Assembly (NCBI GenBank): GCA_035221665.1
Contig: CM069135.1
Coordinates: forward strand, 27,156,001 to 27,220,000
Length of the DNA: 64,000 nucleotides
Direction: 5' to 3'
Source: Okamejei kenojei
Taxonomy: Eukaryota
The notes beneath the pieces were generated by a model, which worked only from the letters and a program-made list of their open reading frames with translations, was not told the DNA's origin and ran no database searches. The position numbers were made by a program, and so were the translations under genes. Positions 13,577 to 27,085 of the stretch are shown one piece after another. Positions within the stretch are counted from its first letter, which is position 1, and the number at the start of each line of letters is the position of its first letter.

Positions 13577-14780
13577 GAGTCATAGAGTCATACAGCATGG
13601 AAACAATCCTTTTGGCCCAACATGCCCACACCAACATGTCCTATCTACACTTGTCCCACCTGCCTGTGTTTGGCCATATCCCACTAAACCTATCCTATCC
13701 ATGTACCTGTCTAAATGTTTCTTAAATGCTGCAATAGTACCTGCCTCAAATACTTCTTTCGGCAGCTCGTTCCGTACACTCACCACCCTTTGTGTAAAAA
13801 AATTACCCTTAAGTGTTCTATTAAATTTTTTCCCCCTCACTTTAAAAACTACGTCTCAATTTCCCTACTCTGGGCAAGAGGCTGCACGTTTACCAGATCC
13901 ATTCCGCTCATGAATTTGTACACCTTTATAAGATCACCCTTCATCCTCCTGCACTCCAAGGTATAGAGTCTTAGCCTTCTCAACCTCTTCCAACAGCTCA
14001 GGCCTTCGAGTCCTGGCAATATCCTCGTAAATCTTCTCTGCACCTTTTCCAGCTTGACGCGTTTCCTATAACATGGTGCCCAAAACTGAACACAACATAA
14101 CACGTTGACTTCACCAATGTCTTATATAATTGCAACGTGGCCTCCTATACTCCATATACTGACTGATGAAGGCCAATGTGCCAAAAGTCTTTTTTACCAC
14201 CCTATCTGCCTGTGATGCCACTTTCAAGGAACTATGTACCTGCACTCCTAGATCCATCTGCTCTACAACACCCCCCAGAGCCCTACTGTTCACTGCGTAG
14301 GCTCTGCCCATGTTAGTGCTCCCAAAATGCAACACCTCACATTTCCCTGTCTTAAATTCCATCAACCATTCCACAGTTCACCTGCCCAACCGATCAAGAT
14401 ATTGCTGCATTTTTTTAAATACCAATTTTCACTATCTACAGTACCACACACTTTTGTGTCATCTGCAAATTTGCTAATCATGCCATATACGTTCTCATAC
14501 AAATCATTGATATAGATGACAAATAGTAATGGGTCCAGCACCGAACCCTGAGGGACACCACTAATCACAGTCCTCCAATCCGAAAAGTAACCTTCCACCA
14601 TCACCCTCTGCCTCTTAACATGAAGCCATTTTTCTATCTATTCAGCTATTTCTCCTTGGATTCCATGCACTCTAACCTTACAGAGCAGCCTACCAGGTGG
14701 AACATTGTTGAAGGACTTGTTGAAATCCGTATATACGTCCACAGCTCTGCCCTCATCAACCGTTTTGGTTACATCTTCAA
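13577..14780 (-). mobile_element. CR1 LINE RT 3' portion
   Basis: ORFs SGVPQGSVLDPLLFVIYINDL...ISKFADDTK, KCEVLHFG, CVQFWAPCYRK, GNFFTQRVVSV; tail (gagtcata)n. Confidence 0.9.
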
Positions 14781-16041
14781 ACAACTCATTCGGAACAACA
14801 CAAACCTCCTGCATGTTTATGCCTGAATCCTTTAACTTCTCAGCAAAAGTAAATAGTGTGGCCTTTCACCTACTCTTTACTGCTCTATCTTAAATATATT
14901 CAGTGACGTCCTCCACAACCATCTGTGGTAGAAAATTCGATAGGATCATGAACCCCCAAGAGCAGAAATGTCTCCTCCCTCAGTCCTAAATGTCTTGCTC
15001 TGCTTTCTGAAACTGTGGTCCCTAGTTTTAGCCCCTACAGTTATCTATGTTTTAATGGGATCTCCACTCATTCTACTAATCTCTGGCAAGTAAGGGCATA
15101 GTAAATATAGACACAAGGGATGCAGATGCTGGTCTATTAAAAAAAAGCACAAAGTAAGGCAGCAGGTAAGGCAGTATCACTGGAAGACAAGAATAGGTGG
15201 CGCTTTGGGTCAGGAGCCTTCCTCAGACTGATTGTAGTGGGGTGGTAGGGGTGGAGAAAGTGGAAGGAAGGCAAGGGGAGGACAATGTCAAGCAAGTGAT
15301 AGGTGGTAACACATGAGGGGGTTCCATCGTTATTTGTAGATTTAAAATCTCAGAGAAACGTTGTTCATTGACCAAGCATATGTCTAATATAACCCGACAC
15401 ATTTTTTTGTCTCTATATCCTCCTATGAAGCTCTTTAAGACTTTTTAATTATACAAATGAATAATGTAAATGCAAGTTAATGGTTAGCTGTCCCATACAT
15501 CTCATCTGTTCAATGCGTCTGTTTACAATACTTGATAGATTTAATTGAAAACCACATTGATAGGAGCAGCACGAATCGAAGGTGCAATCCTATCATTCAA
15601 TGAGTAGAAAATAATTTCATACTGCAGCCATCCCCTATTAACATACAAAGACATCAAACACTGGGTCATAACAGTCTATTTTGCAGATGTTTTAAAGAAA
15701 CAAGAAACAAATAACAGTTTGCATAATTAGGGCATTTAAAATAAATTAATACAAGTCAAAATAGATTTCAATTCCTGGCATTCAGGCTGAGTTTTTATAA
15801 AATGGAAGTCAAAATATGTTCATCAGTATAGTGGCCTGGTTTGTTCTGGAGGGTTGGACATGCCAGCATTTTGGATTGTAACCTGGATGCCCTGTTGGGA
15901 GTGGTTTTAGAAGAACATTGATTGCTCTACCTAGCGATGTTCAGCATTTTGTTCTCTGTCAGCTGGAGTTTTGTTAAAATACCAGTGGATGCATCTCATG
16001 AATTAACCCTGACAGGTGTACAGACTAAAGACTTGGCTAAC

Positions 16042-16204
16042 CTTCCTCCTCCTCTGCTCCAAAGGAGGGCTGTCTGGCAGCATCAGCTTCAGAAACTCTT
16101 CTTTGGTGAAGGTTTGCTGGGATTTACTGAGGGGGCTCAAATCCTGTACCAAGGCCTGATGTTGACTGGAACCGGTTATTTCTGTTACATCACCGTACAA
16201 CCTC
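16042..16204 (-). CDS. sipa1l2: SIPA1L2 coding exon (163 nt, phase 2 to 0; NAGNAG acceptor)
   Basis: RLYGDVTEITGSSQHQALVQDLSPLSKSQQTFTKEEFLKLMLPDSPPLEQRRRK, matching SIPA1L2 ...SKEDFLKLMLPDSP...RRK. Acceptor tcttttctttctccag|GAG, donor AAG|gttagc. Confidence 0.9.
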
Positions 16205-16999
16205 CTGGAGAAAGAAAAGATGAAAAGCAACACTTTGATACATACTGGTGCTTAATGATTGTAGATTTTGAACAATGCCATTCGCATACAGAAGTGCAGT
16301 GCTTTATCAAGACACAATTAATTCATTTATCAGATAAAGAGTTTACTTGACAAATCACTGCAAAATTCATGAAAACACATAAAAAATATTTCAGAGTTGA
16401 TTTGAATTGGTTTTAAGGAAGTCTAGCATTATGCTGGTACGTTAAGGATCCTATTGCAATTATTTTTCAGTTTTAGTCTGCTATTTATTTTGTGTCTTTA
16501 TCACTATTCTTTACATCACTTACCAAAACAAAAGGCACTACTTCTCAGGGATGGGGTAGGGATGCATTCAGTAACAGTGAAGTGACTGATCCTCGGGATG
16601 ATAGACATAGGTCATTGTGAGGCAATCGTCTCGTGGGACTGGGTAATGGTTGATGGGTTGGGATAGATTACCGGGCAATATCCCAGTATGAGAACAACAA
16701 CAGCTGAGGTATAGAAACAACAAAAACAATGAGGTGCTGAATGTCATACAACATGTGTTTGGTGGGAGGTGGCTGAGATCTAAGACACATGAACTTCAAG
16801 TGGCCATCTCTTAACACATGAAGCACTCCATGGTGAAGCATAACACCAAGGTAGAATTCCCATGACTATAAAAGACTGATAAACAATTTACACTAAGACC
16901 ACAGGATTGTGTCTTACTCTAAAACATGCAATGCAATAAAAGTGCAAATGTAGAAATTCTACCATCTTATGCAATAATAAAAAATTTTTAACTAGTAAC

Positions 17000-17850
17000 T
17001 TCAAGAGCATCAAAAGTGTTTAATTGCCATACGTACCAGCAATGGAACAATTAATTTATTTGATGCAGCTTCACCGCCCCAATAACACAATACCACACAA
17101 ATAAAAATATAATAAATAATACAATTAATTAATAATCAGTAATGCCAGGCAACCGGACCATAATAGTACATAGGTTTTGGTAATATTGTGGTAATATTGT
17201 GCTGTGTTCAGAGTCTGATGGTTGCTGAGAAGAAGCAGTTCTTGATCCTGGGAGGTCATGCCTCCTGTGGCCCTTTCCCCAATGGTAGCAACAAAATACG
17301 ATTGTGACCAGGGTGGTATGGGTCTTTGATGACATTAGCTGTTGTTTAGAGGCAGTGCCTCCTGTAAATCTCTTTGATGGTGGGGAGGTCAATACCCACA
17401 ATGGACCAGGCAATGTCTACTACTTTCTGCAGCCTCCTTCGTTCCTGGGTGTTCGAGTTATTGAACTAGTCCTTAATGCTTTCTATTGTACACCTGAAGA
17501 AGTTCGATAAAGTATTGTGAAACATTCCAAATGTCCTCAATCTTCTAAAGAAATAAAGACATTGATAAGCTTTCTTTGTGATTGCATCAATGTGCTGGGC
17601 ATAAGACAGATCTTCAGAGATATGTACATCCACAAATTTGAAACCTGACTCTCTCTATCGCCGTTCTGTCAATGAAGACAGATTCATGGCCTTGATTACC
17701 TTCAGGATCCCTTCCTTAAGTCAACAATCAGCTTCTTGGTTTTGCTAATGTTGACAGTAAGCTTGTTGTTCTGGCAGCATTCAATCAGATTATCAATCTG
17801 CCTCCTGTATTCTGACTCATCAATACTAATTTTTCATCCTACAACCTAAA
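17000..17850 (-). mobile_element. Degenerate Rex1/L2-type LINE 3' fragment
   Basis: caaaaccaagaagctgattgttgac on the minus strand (KTKKLIVD) and an RCL.TAANVIKDPYHPGH-like C-terminus. Confidence 0.6.
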
Positions 17851-17879
17851 CCTAATTTTATTGGTCTTGTGTATTTGTG

Positions 17880-18418
17880 TTTAAGCATTGTGTTCAGTTT
17901 TAGGCACCATGTTATAGGAAAGATATTGTCAAGCTTGAAAGGGCTCAGAGAAGATTTACAAGGATGTTGTCAGGACTAGAGGGTCTGAGCTATAAGGTGA
18001 GGTTGAGTAGGCTGGCTCTCTATTCCTTGGAACGCATAAAGATGAGGGGTGATCTTATTGAGATGTATAAAATCATGAGAGGAATAGATCAGGTAGATGC
18101 ACAGAGTCACTTGCCCAGTGTTGGGGAAATCAAGGACCAGAGGACATAGGTTTAAGTGAAGTGGAATCGATTTAAAAGCAATCTGAGGGGTAACTTTTTC
18201 ACACAAAGGGTGGTGGGTGTATGGCACGAGCAGCCAGAGGAGGTAGTTGAGGCAGGTACTATTGCAACGTTTAAGAAACATTTGGACAGCTACATGGATA
18301 GGACACGTTTGGAGGGATTTGGACCAAACGCATGCAGGTGGGACATGTTGGCCAGTGTGGGCAAGTTGGGCCGAAGGGCCTGTTTCCACACTGTATCACT
18401 CTATGACTATGAATATGA
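17880..18418 (+). mobile_element. CR1 LINE 3' fragment
   Basis: MLSGLEGLSYKVRL...MRGDLIEMYKIMRG; RGNFFTQRVVGVW; tail cactctatgactatga. Confidence 0.9.
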
Positions 18419-18599
18419 CTCTAATTGGTCACCTCAGAAAGGAAATGTAAGTAAGTCAATTTGATCTCATGGGACTGCTTATATTTCCAACAGCCAAATA
18501 GCATGAAGTAACTCTGCAGTTAATATTTATTTAGAATCAGGAGGTCCACAATCTTCTGAGAACCAGATCTCGGACATTCGTCAGGTGACACCAATTCAT

Positions 18600-19760
18600 A
18601 AAATAAATTCAGATATGGCCTTGATAAAGCCGTCAAAAAGGCTAAAAGGGACTTTCACTCTAAACTGGAGGACGAGATGGACATGTAGCAGTTGTGGCAG
18701 TGGTTGCACACCATCATTTCCTACAAGGCAAAAGCTCATGTGACTACGAGGCATCACTGCCGGGCACGCTCACTGCGTTCTCTGCATGCTTTGAGAGGGA
18801 AAACACTGATGTGTCTTCCTGGGCCTCCATAGCCCCTGATGGTATTACAATCTCAGTTACCGAGGCTGACATCAGAAGATCCTTCAGTAGGTAGCCTCCT
18901 GGCGAGCCGCGCCTCGCTACCTCAGCAATGAGAACGGGCCCGGGAAGGTTGCCACCGAGCCCGGCCTCTGCTCATCTCATGCAAGGAGGAAGATGGGCCG
19001 AGGGCCGGTAAGCAGACTGATGGTGGGAAGCAGGGCAGGACCTCGACAATGGACAGGGCTGCTGGAGGCCTGCAGCAGCCTGGGCCTCAGCCTGGCGAGC
19101 CAACCGCAGGATCACCCCATGGATCGGGAACTTTAGAGGGGGTGGAAGGAAGACAGTAACCATGTAGAAAGGGCAAGGTGAGAGGATCCAGGAGAGGATC
19201 TTACCTTCCGCACCGTTGAGGTCCGCTGTGGAAGGTGGGCCCCCCAGTTCTCCACCTCCCCGGGGAACGAAGGCTGAAGAGGGCCAGGTGTGGAGGAGTG
19301 ACGGTTCTCGTGACGACCGGAATGGAGGAGGTGACGGCTGCAAGGCGCTTTTTAACCAGCTGTAGCTGACTATAATGGCGCCTCTTACATATGGACTTGA
19401 TGGGCTGTTCTGTACATTCTGTACCGACTGGGGCGATTGTACTTACGTACGGGGATAGTCTTGCTGAGCTGTATGCAAAAAATGTATTTCACTGTACCTG
19501 GTACACGTGACAATAAAGAAACCATTGAACCATTGAGGAGGATGAACTCTCGGAAAGCTTCTGGACTTAATGGTATACCAGGACGTGTTCTCAAAAGTTG
19601 CGCGGACCAACTGCTGGAGTTTTTTGCGGACCTCTTCAACCTCTCATGACTGAGGTCAGAGGTTCCCACCTGCTTTGAAAGGTCATCAATAATACCAGTG
19701 CCCAAGAAGTAAGAATAAGGTGACATGGCTCCAGAACTATCAGCTGGTGGCACTAATATC
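18600..19760 (+). mobile_element. Rex1/Babar LINE fragment interrupted by a GC-rich insert (about 18892-19535)
   Basis: ...ITISVTEADIRRSF breaks at about 18890 and resumes at about 19536 RMNSRKASGLNGIPGRVLKSCADQL..FADLFNLS..IIPVPKK, the Rex1 pre-RT region. Confidence 0.8.
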
Positions 19761-21321
19761 CTGCCTTGATTGCACTAAGGATTTGGGACTTCCTTTTTGT
19801 ATTTGCACTATATTCAAGACATGTGACCATAAAACACTTTTGAATCTTTTGAAATCTAGCAACTTTGGAGCCTGCTGTTCAAGACATTAAATTCATTCAA
19901 CTTCTTTATTGAAACAGCAAACCTATATGTCTGAGAAATAGCTTGTAAAGGTATTGGCAGTTTTCCTTCAGAAGGGTTTCTTTAGACACATGGCAAATCA
20001 TTTAAAATTGCAAATCATTTCTCCTATATACCATTCAAGGACACATTTTGTCAGTTACACATAGGCTTTAAAATCTATAGAGACTTTCTACTATTTGCAA
20101 GAATATAAAATGAAATAACACATTTCCCAGAACCTTAAATTTGTCACATTCGCAGAAACGAAGAGCGTGAGATTAATTGTTTTTGAAAAATAGCAACGGA
20201 TCGGCAACAATCTCTGAAATATGATACGTTTGTAAATATTTTACTGCGGGTACAAAGCTCAAAATATATCTGTGGAGGTACAGTTAATTCACATATGACC
20301 ATAAAATCGAACTTGGTGAACAGTTCTGGTCTTTTTCAGAACCTTTGAGTTCACTGGGTTCATGTTGAAATCACTTTGAGATTTTTTTCCCTCCAGTTTA
20401 AATCTTGCCATTATTTAACCCTAGATGGCATCATGGCAAGAGTTGGTGGGCAACATTTGAGAGACATCTGGACAGATACATTTATGAGCAGGGCACAGAG
20501 TTAGAATTAATGCTAAGTTGCATTAATATAGGTAGCCAGATGGTCGGCACAAATGTGGTGGGCTATAGGAGACTGGAGAATCAATGGTAGCGCAGCATCT
20601 AAGGAGCGAGGGAGATAGGCGACGTCCAGACCCTTCTTCAGTGTGGCCTCCCCATTGTAAGCGGGTACCAGCTGCAACCTGCTAAACCTCTATGACTAAG
20701 TGCCGGGTTTTCATGAAAGTGCAGTTTTGTGGCAAAGAAAGATTGTACTCAAAAACATTATCATTTTGCTATCAGCTTCTTAATGCATTCAACATACCAG
20801 CCATTACGCTTTCTGCCTGTACCCCTGCATGCCTACTTTCAATGAACAATTGGTGTACCATGACACCTAGGTCTCGTGCCTGCATCTGGTGACCCTTTTC
20901 CTAATCTTTCTCAGATTAGGAGACCACGGTACATTCAGACCAAGACCCTAAACTAGTCCTCCCTGCTCTTGTACTTTCCTGTTTTTGCCTGCTGCACCAA
21001 AGTGGACCATATCTCCCCTTTTCCTACCTCACATTTATTTATCCACATTATACTGCATCTGCCATGCATTTGCCCACTCACCCAACCTATCCAAGTCACC
21101 TTGCAGCCTCCTAGCATCCTCCTCACAGCTAACACTGCCCCCCAAGTGCTTCAGCTTTTAAGTTATCATCCTTGTTTACAGGTCATGTCTTGGGATCATT
21201 TTATCGACGCCCCCTAGCCATTCCATCATGTCAAACCACCTCTGAAATCTCTTCCACCTTTGCAAACCTTGGAGATCTCAGCTCTCTTTCAATTCTGATC
21301 TCTGGCACATCTTCAAATTTA

Positions 21322-21546
21322 AGGGCCTGTCCCACTTGGCAATTTTTTCGGCGACTGCCGGCGTCATATCAGTGTCGCCAAAAGATTTTGAACATTTCTA
21401 AATCCAGCGGCGACAAAAAAATGTTGCGACACTTGAAAAAACACCGCGCGTCGTACGTCATCACGCCGCGTATTTTTCGGTGACCTGATACATCAGTCAA
21501 TGATGCCGGCAGTCGCAGAAAAAAATCGCCAAGTGGGACAGGTCCT
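21322..21546. mobile_element. PIF/Harbinger-type MITE
   Basis: TIRs AGGGCCTGTCCCACTTGGC / GCCAAGTGGGACAGGTCCT, extending imperfectly to about 45 bp; TTA duplicated at 21319-21321 and 21547-21549; CpG-rich. Confidence 0.85.
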
Positions 21547-22554
21547 TTAAATGCTCCATCATAGGTGTCCTTGTATTGAGCTGCTGAGACCTAAGCCTTG
21601 GAATTCTCACCCCCCCCCACCCTCCACTCATTGCCTGACTCCATTACTTTAACAAAAATCTAGATACCTGCCTGAACCTCTGGTTATCTGACACAGCCAG
21701 ACCAACACCTTCTACTGGTCAGTGCTTCCTGCTCAGCCACTTGGGAGGAGCAACAGTGTGGCAAATTGTTGCTGGTGAATGAATCCAAAACAATAGATTA
21801 CAGAACCTTAAAAATAGAGCAAAGATGTTGAAGGGAAATGACAGGAATCACATCTACACAGAGAGGATGGTGGAAATCCAGAACTCCTCCCTCCAATAAG
21901 CTGTTGAGAGTGGAGGTCAATCAAAATTCATAAAGTGTCAAAAGTGCACGATAGAATTTTCAGATGAGACTATCTAGAGTGTCATTAAGGTAGGTAACAG
22001 TGTGGAGGAACTTCCAGACAAGATCTTTCTGATTGATGTGTCAGGTTTGAGGGGCAGAATGGCATGCTTCTTTAATTTAGTTAGAGATACAGCGCAGAAA
22101 CAGGACCTTCAGCTCGTCCATGCCAATCCCCACACACTATGCTACACACACTAGAACTGTAGATGTTCTGTAGAAATGTTACAGAGACAATCTATTAAAA
22201 ATAACAGTAAGTTGATATCGAGTGTCATCAACCAGAATGTAATTGACAGTAAAGTGCTCTTTAACAATTACACTGAATAATAAGGATGGTAAGAGCATCA
22301 GCACAATTTTTTAATGCATATTTAATTGGTATAAAGAGTAGAATGCATATTACTTCCTCCTAAAGTTGTCAAAAAGTGTTTTTTTTTTAAAAAGGTGCTA
22401 ATAATATTCAAAATAATAGTGCCTCATTAATGTTTGCAGCCTGGTACTAAGCTCTAGGTACACTGCACTCTGAGAACCCTACCTGTGCTGCTGGATCAGA
22501 AGACATACAGAAGCAACGTGTTGTTCTTTTGCTGCATTCATGAACACCTCATTT

Positions 22555-22832
22555 GTGTTTTAGTTTTAGAGATACTGCGTGGAAGCAGGCCCTTTGGTCC
22601 ACACCGACCAACCTGTACACTAGTTCTATGCTACACACTAGATACAGTTTACAGAAACCAATTGACCTACAAACTTGCGCGTCACTGGAATGTGGGAAGA
22701 AACAGAGCACCTGGAGGAACCCCATGCAGTCAATGCGAGAACATACAAAATCCGTACAGACAGCACTCATAGACAGGATCAAACTCAGGTCACTGGCGCT
22801 GTGAGGCAGCAGCTCTTCCGCTGCACCACTTT
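22555..22832 (-). mobile_element. HE1/V-SINE-type SINE
   Basis: Reverse complement ggtgcagcggaagagctgctgcctcacagcgccagtgacctgagtttgatcctg...; tail tctctaaaactaaaac. Confidence 0.8.
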
Positions 22833-23393
22833 GTCACCCCACATAATCAAATATTGTTCCTCTTTTTTTGAGACAAATTAAGTTAAACATGCCACACAGA
22901 CAAATCGTTGGCCTTCTGTTATACTCAATGTGGCTCATTGTTCTCGAGCAGCCTACGCTGTATTTTCACCAGTTATGTTGCATTAGCTCATTTGTCAATT
23001 TAAGTCAGATTTGGGTTTGAAACACGTCATGCTTAATTGTATTGCAGTATCACAGATAATGATGTACGATTCTAACACAATTTCAAAAAGCATTGTTTTG
23101 AATTGTTTCATCATGGAAATATCCTGTAATGTCTTTACTAAATAAACAATGTGAATTATTTTCTGCTTGGCACAGTAGCAAATTTGGGAACGTTAACAGC
23201 GTATCTACCTTTTTGAAAGGCCAAACATTAAAAAAAGATTATTATTATAAGCATGATTAGTTCAAAGAAGGGTATAATGTTACAACAACTTGAAAGTCAC
23301 TGCAATTTTAAGTAATACTTCCGATTGAATGTAATTGCCGAACTTCAAATTTACCCACTAGACAACAGTATTCCTTTCAACTGAGTCACTAAC

Positions 23394-23618
23394 CTTCCAC
23401 AATCAGCCATCTCAGACTCCTCAAGTGTAGGGCTTCTGTCTAACTTCTTCCAGCCAATGACGTATTTGTTGACAGGACCTTGGCAATGATATGATCCTGA
23501 TAAAGACCCAAGCATTTGTTGACTATTGTTCTGAGATACTATGTAGACTTTTGATCCATCAAGCGATCCGCTGGTTTTAGAACCACGAGGTGCTGGGCTT
23601 CCTGAATGATGAGAACCA
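23394..23618 (-). CDS. sipa1l2: SIPA1L2 coding exon (225 nt, phase 2 to 2)
   Basis: (S)GSHHSGSPAPRGSKTSGSLDGSKVYIVSQ...VNKYVIGWKKLDRSPTLEESEMADCG(R), matching SIPA1L2 GSHHSGSP...SKVYIVS...NKYVIGWKK. Acceptor tttctttag|T, donor AG|gttagt. Confidence 0.95.
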
Positions 23619-24840
23619 CTAAAGAAACAAGTTTATGGAGGAATGGAAAAGAGTGGTCAGAGTTAACAATTAGAACTGATGACTACTCCAGAGCTCATTA
23701 CTGATTAGGTTAATTATTTACGCCAGCAGCATTGTTTACAGTAATCTTAAATCTTGAGCACAGAATATTTAGATATGATAGCACTAAAACATTTTTGGGA
23801 AAGATTACTTTGATGCAGGTAGTTGTCATAATTTTTTAATGAACTTTCTAACAATATGGTTGAAGCAGATTCAAAAATTAAGTGGGGAAGAGTGTGGTGG
23901 AAAATTTCTGGAGCATGGTAAAAGACAGGAGAGTGAATAATTGTATAGCTCTTTCAGAGCAGACATTGGAGCAATGAACAAAATGGTTTGCAGTACAAGA
24001 TTCTATAAGGAAAGAAAACTGCCTGTAAATTTTGTAGTGACGAGTTTGCGTAACACTTTAGTCCTGGCAATTCAATTCACGCATGTTTTCATAAACCTTC
24101 CCATTTTAAAACTCATAAGGAAAATTGTTATTCTTAGTGTTATTCTTAGCGTGTATTTTAGAAAGTATTCATATGACTAAAGATAGGATTAACCTCCCAT
24201 AAAGTGGACTGTTAGAGCATGGAATGCTTGCCATTGGGATTTACTAAAGCAACAACCATTGCATCTGTCAAGACAGAATTGGATAAATATTAGAGCAAGA
24301 AGTGGGGTCAAGACAAAACAGGTCAGTGGAATTAGTTTGGATATGACAGGGCAAAGGAGAGATTTAAACAATGTGATTAGTTTGATTATAATAAGTAGCT
24401 GGCGACAGAGTGGGGCAAGGAAAATTTGGGACAAACATTTTGGGCGACTTTAGGGCAAATGAATATGTTTTATATTGATGCAAGGCTAGGAAGAAAAGGT
24501 GGAGTACAGAATAGGCTTTGGATTGATCTAATGCCGGTGAGGGAGAATAACTTGACCTGAATTTTCCTGTCAAGCATCAGTACAAATGGCCCCCAACAAT
24601 AATCCAGGATTCCCATAGTTTAATGTTATGATTTCCAGAATGGTCCAATGGAATCCTGAGAGTTTACACTTTCCAACACAAACACAGCAAGATGTTGTTC
24701 CCCATTTATCAGTAACATGCAACTTTTAGTTGGTAGTTTGTAACACTATATATGCACTGTCTTTTGTAGCGATAATTTACTTATATGTGGCATATGCAGT
24801 AAGGTCACTGGATGGCCGCAATCATTAAAACGCACTGTAC

Positions 24841-25238
24841 CTGGAGTGTGATGAGATCTCGCTTAGATCACCAGTACTTCCTTGGGTGGCAAGGCCAGCG
24901 GAAATGGCAGCAGCATAGTTGTGAACAGCATAAGATTTTGCTTGTCCATCTTCAGGCCCTCCATCTTCTGAGTGCTCCACCCACTGTACCATCTGCTCTG
25001 CTCTGCTCTGGACAGCCGACCTGTTTCCAGTCAAATGAACCGTGGCCATCAATGGTGCTGGAATACAGGGATTTGTGTCGATCCCACTGTCGGTAGAGGC
25101 CCCTTTAATGTACGTCAATCCAAGCAACTCTGGATCCATTAAGTCACCTGAACCAAACTGCTTGTCATCGCTATTGCTGGAGGCATTACTGGAGAGAGTA
25201 TTACTGCTGGAATGGCTTGAACAATTATTATCTGTAAT
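24841..25238 (-). CDS. sipa1l2: SIPA1L2 coding exon (398 nt, phase 0 to 2)
   Basis: ITDNNCSSHSSSNTLSSNASSNSDDKQFGSGDLMDPELLGLTYIKGASTDSGIDT...GDLSEISSHS, a diagnostic SIPA1L2 segment. Acceptor ctcttag|ATT, donor AG|gtacag. Confidence 0.96.
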
Positions 25239-26591
25239 CTAAGAGTAAGGAATAAAAGTTAACACACAACCTAAGAATTGAAAGTACTTTAAAATGTGGT
25301 TATGAATTTAAACATATTTAACTACAATTTTATCCTAATAATCCCCTCGTGTTTGGGCCAAGTGTCACATTCCTGTGACAAGATTAATAGCAATTTTTAG
25401 TTTTCCAATGGTATTAATAGTTTAAAAAATTGCAATACACAAATGGAACTGTGAATTATTGGTAATATATTTTTTTCAATTAGAGCATCAAACTATAAAA
25501 ATATATAGTGGTGTATTTGCATTATAATACCCATTTAAACTATATTCATAACCATTGGCTTTAAGTGTCTGTGTTTGAACTTAACTATACCCAAAAGGTA
25601 CCCAGGAACTTCAGATTCAGCCTGTGAACATGTTAATTTACAAAAAGGCTGTATTGTAGTTAATGCAAAACAAGGCGTTGGCTCAAATATAGGATAATAA
25701 GCAAGTTTCAGTGGCCTTTCCCAAACTAATTTTACAAAGGGATAATTCATCATCGAATTCAATAATTGCATTCATCGACATAGTTACCTTTGACACAAAG
25801 GGTGTGTGAGATTGATGGAGCTTTTCTTTGTTGGCACTAATGCTTTCTTTGCATTTCAATGAAAAAGTGAAGCCACTTATGCTAATTGTTTCTAATTAAA
25901 TTGAAAATGATTGGGAGGAAATGCCCGATGGCACGGTTAGAATAAACATCCAATTTGCTCCACACATATTTTTGATTCTAAGGCAATTAAATTTTAAATG
26001 TAATTATCTGGAGCAGAGCAATATTTACCTTGTTAAAGGAAGGATAGCTCTGGTCAATATGTGATGAGAAATTGGAAATGATTAATGGGTTCACAATTTT
26101 ATTGTGCACAGCAGTATGAGCCCAACTCCACTGGTGCAATTCAAACATTGCTCTCACCAACCGAAGGCACCAAAGGGTGGGAGCGGAAATCAAGAGTAAT
26201 CAAGAGTACTTAATACCAAGTTTCCAAACATAAACCCTTGCAGATAGACAAAAAACGCTGGAGTAACTCAGCGGGACAGGCAGCATCTCTGGAGAGAAAG
26301 AATGGATGACGTTTCGGGTCGAGACCCTTCTTCTTACACATCCTTCTCTTGTCGTTCATTTAACTGTAATGAGTAGTCCGGTTTCACACCATACAAGAGG
26401 AATACAATTCACAGAGCTAACCTTGACATTTGGCTAAGTAACTAACATGACAGGGTTGGCAAAGGAGATTGCAAGGGGCAAAGACTGTCAATGTCCACAG
26501 TGAGGGCCAGGACCCACTCTCTACATTCCCCTTTCCATTTATATAATGTGACCAAATGGAGATTTGCACAAAGTACAGCCAAGTTAAATTA

Positions 26592-26676
26592 AGCTCAGTG
26601 CAAGGCACATCAATGAGGCCCAATATCATAGCGCAGTGCAAAGCACATCAATGAGGCCCAATAGCTCAGTGCAAGG
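26592..26676. repeat. Short tandem duplication (about 2.4 copies of a 33-38 bp unit)
   Basis: agctcagtgcaaggcacatcaatgaggcccaat, agcgcagtgcaaagcacatcaatgaggcccaat, then agctcagtgcaagg. Confidence 0.85.
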
Positions 26677-27085
26677 AAGTGGAGGTCAGTGCTCAGCGCA
26701 CATTGTAGCACAGGTACTGGGAGCTCGGAACAGTGAGAAACACAGGTCTGTCATTGATGTAATATGTACATGCATATAATGTTTGTCTAAAAAAATTAGT
26801 TTGTTTAAATATTCTCACTCCCTAACATTCACATGACGTCTTCCCCAGCCTGAGCCAGAGAACTGCATTATTTTGGTTCAAAATTCTCCAATTCACTTAA
26901 TTCTTTTCCATAGATGAAGAATCAGTAAATCATCTTATATGGTCCCTTATAAGTCAAATGCCAAATGATAGCTTGACCATATAAGGTGAGGAAAGGACAG
27001 CAGTAGTATTGCAAGCTGGAACTGTGAAAACAGAGCAAACATAAAATCACGGATGACTTTTTTGTCAATAATGAGTGACTCTTAC

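Noticed and set aside
15922-16350. 142-aa plus-strand ORF
   Set aside because: Antisense shadow of the sipa1l2 exon 16042-16204. The same applies to plus-strand ORFs over 24812-25242 and 45001-45235.
26592-26676. 33-38 bp repeats as a possible CRISPR-like array
   Set aside because: Adjacent tandem copies with no unique spacers, in a vertebrate intron with no cas genes.
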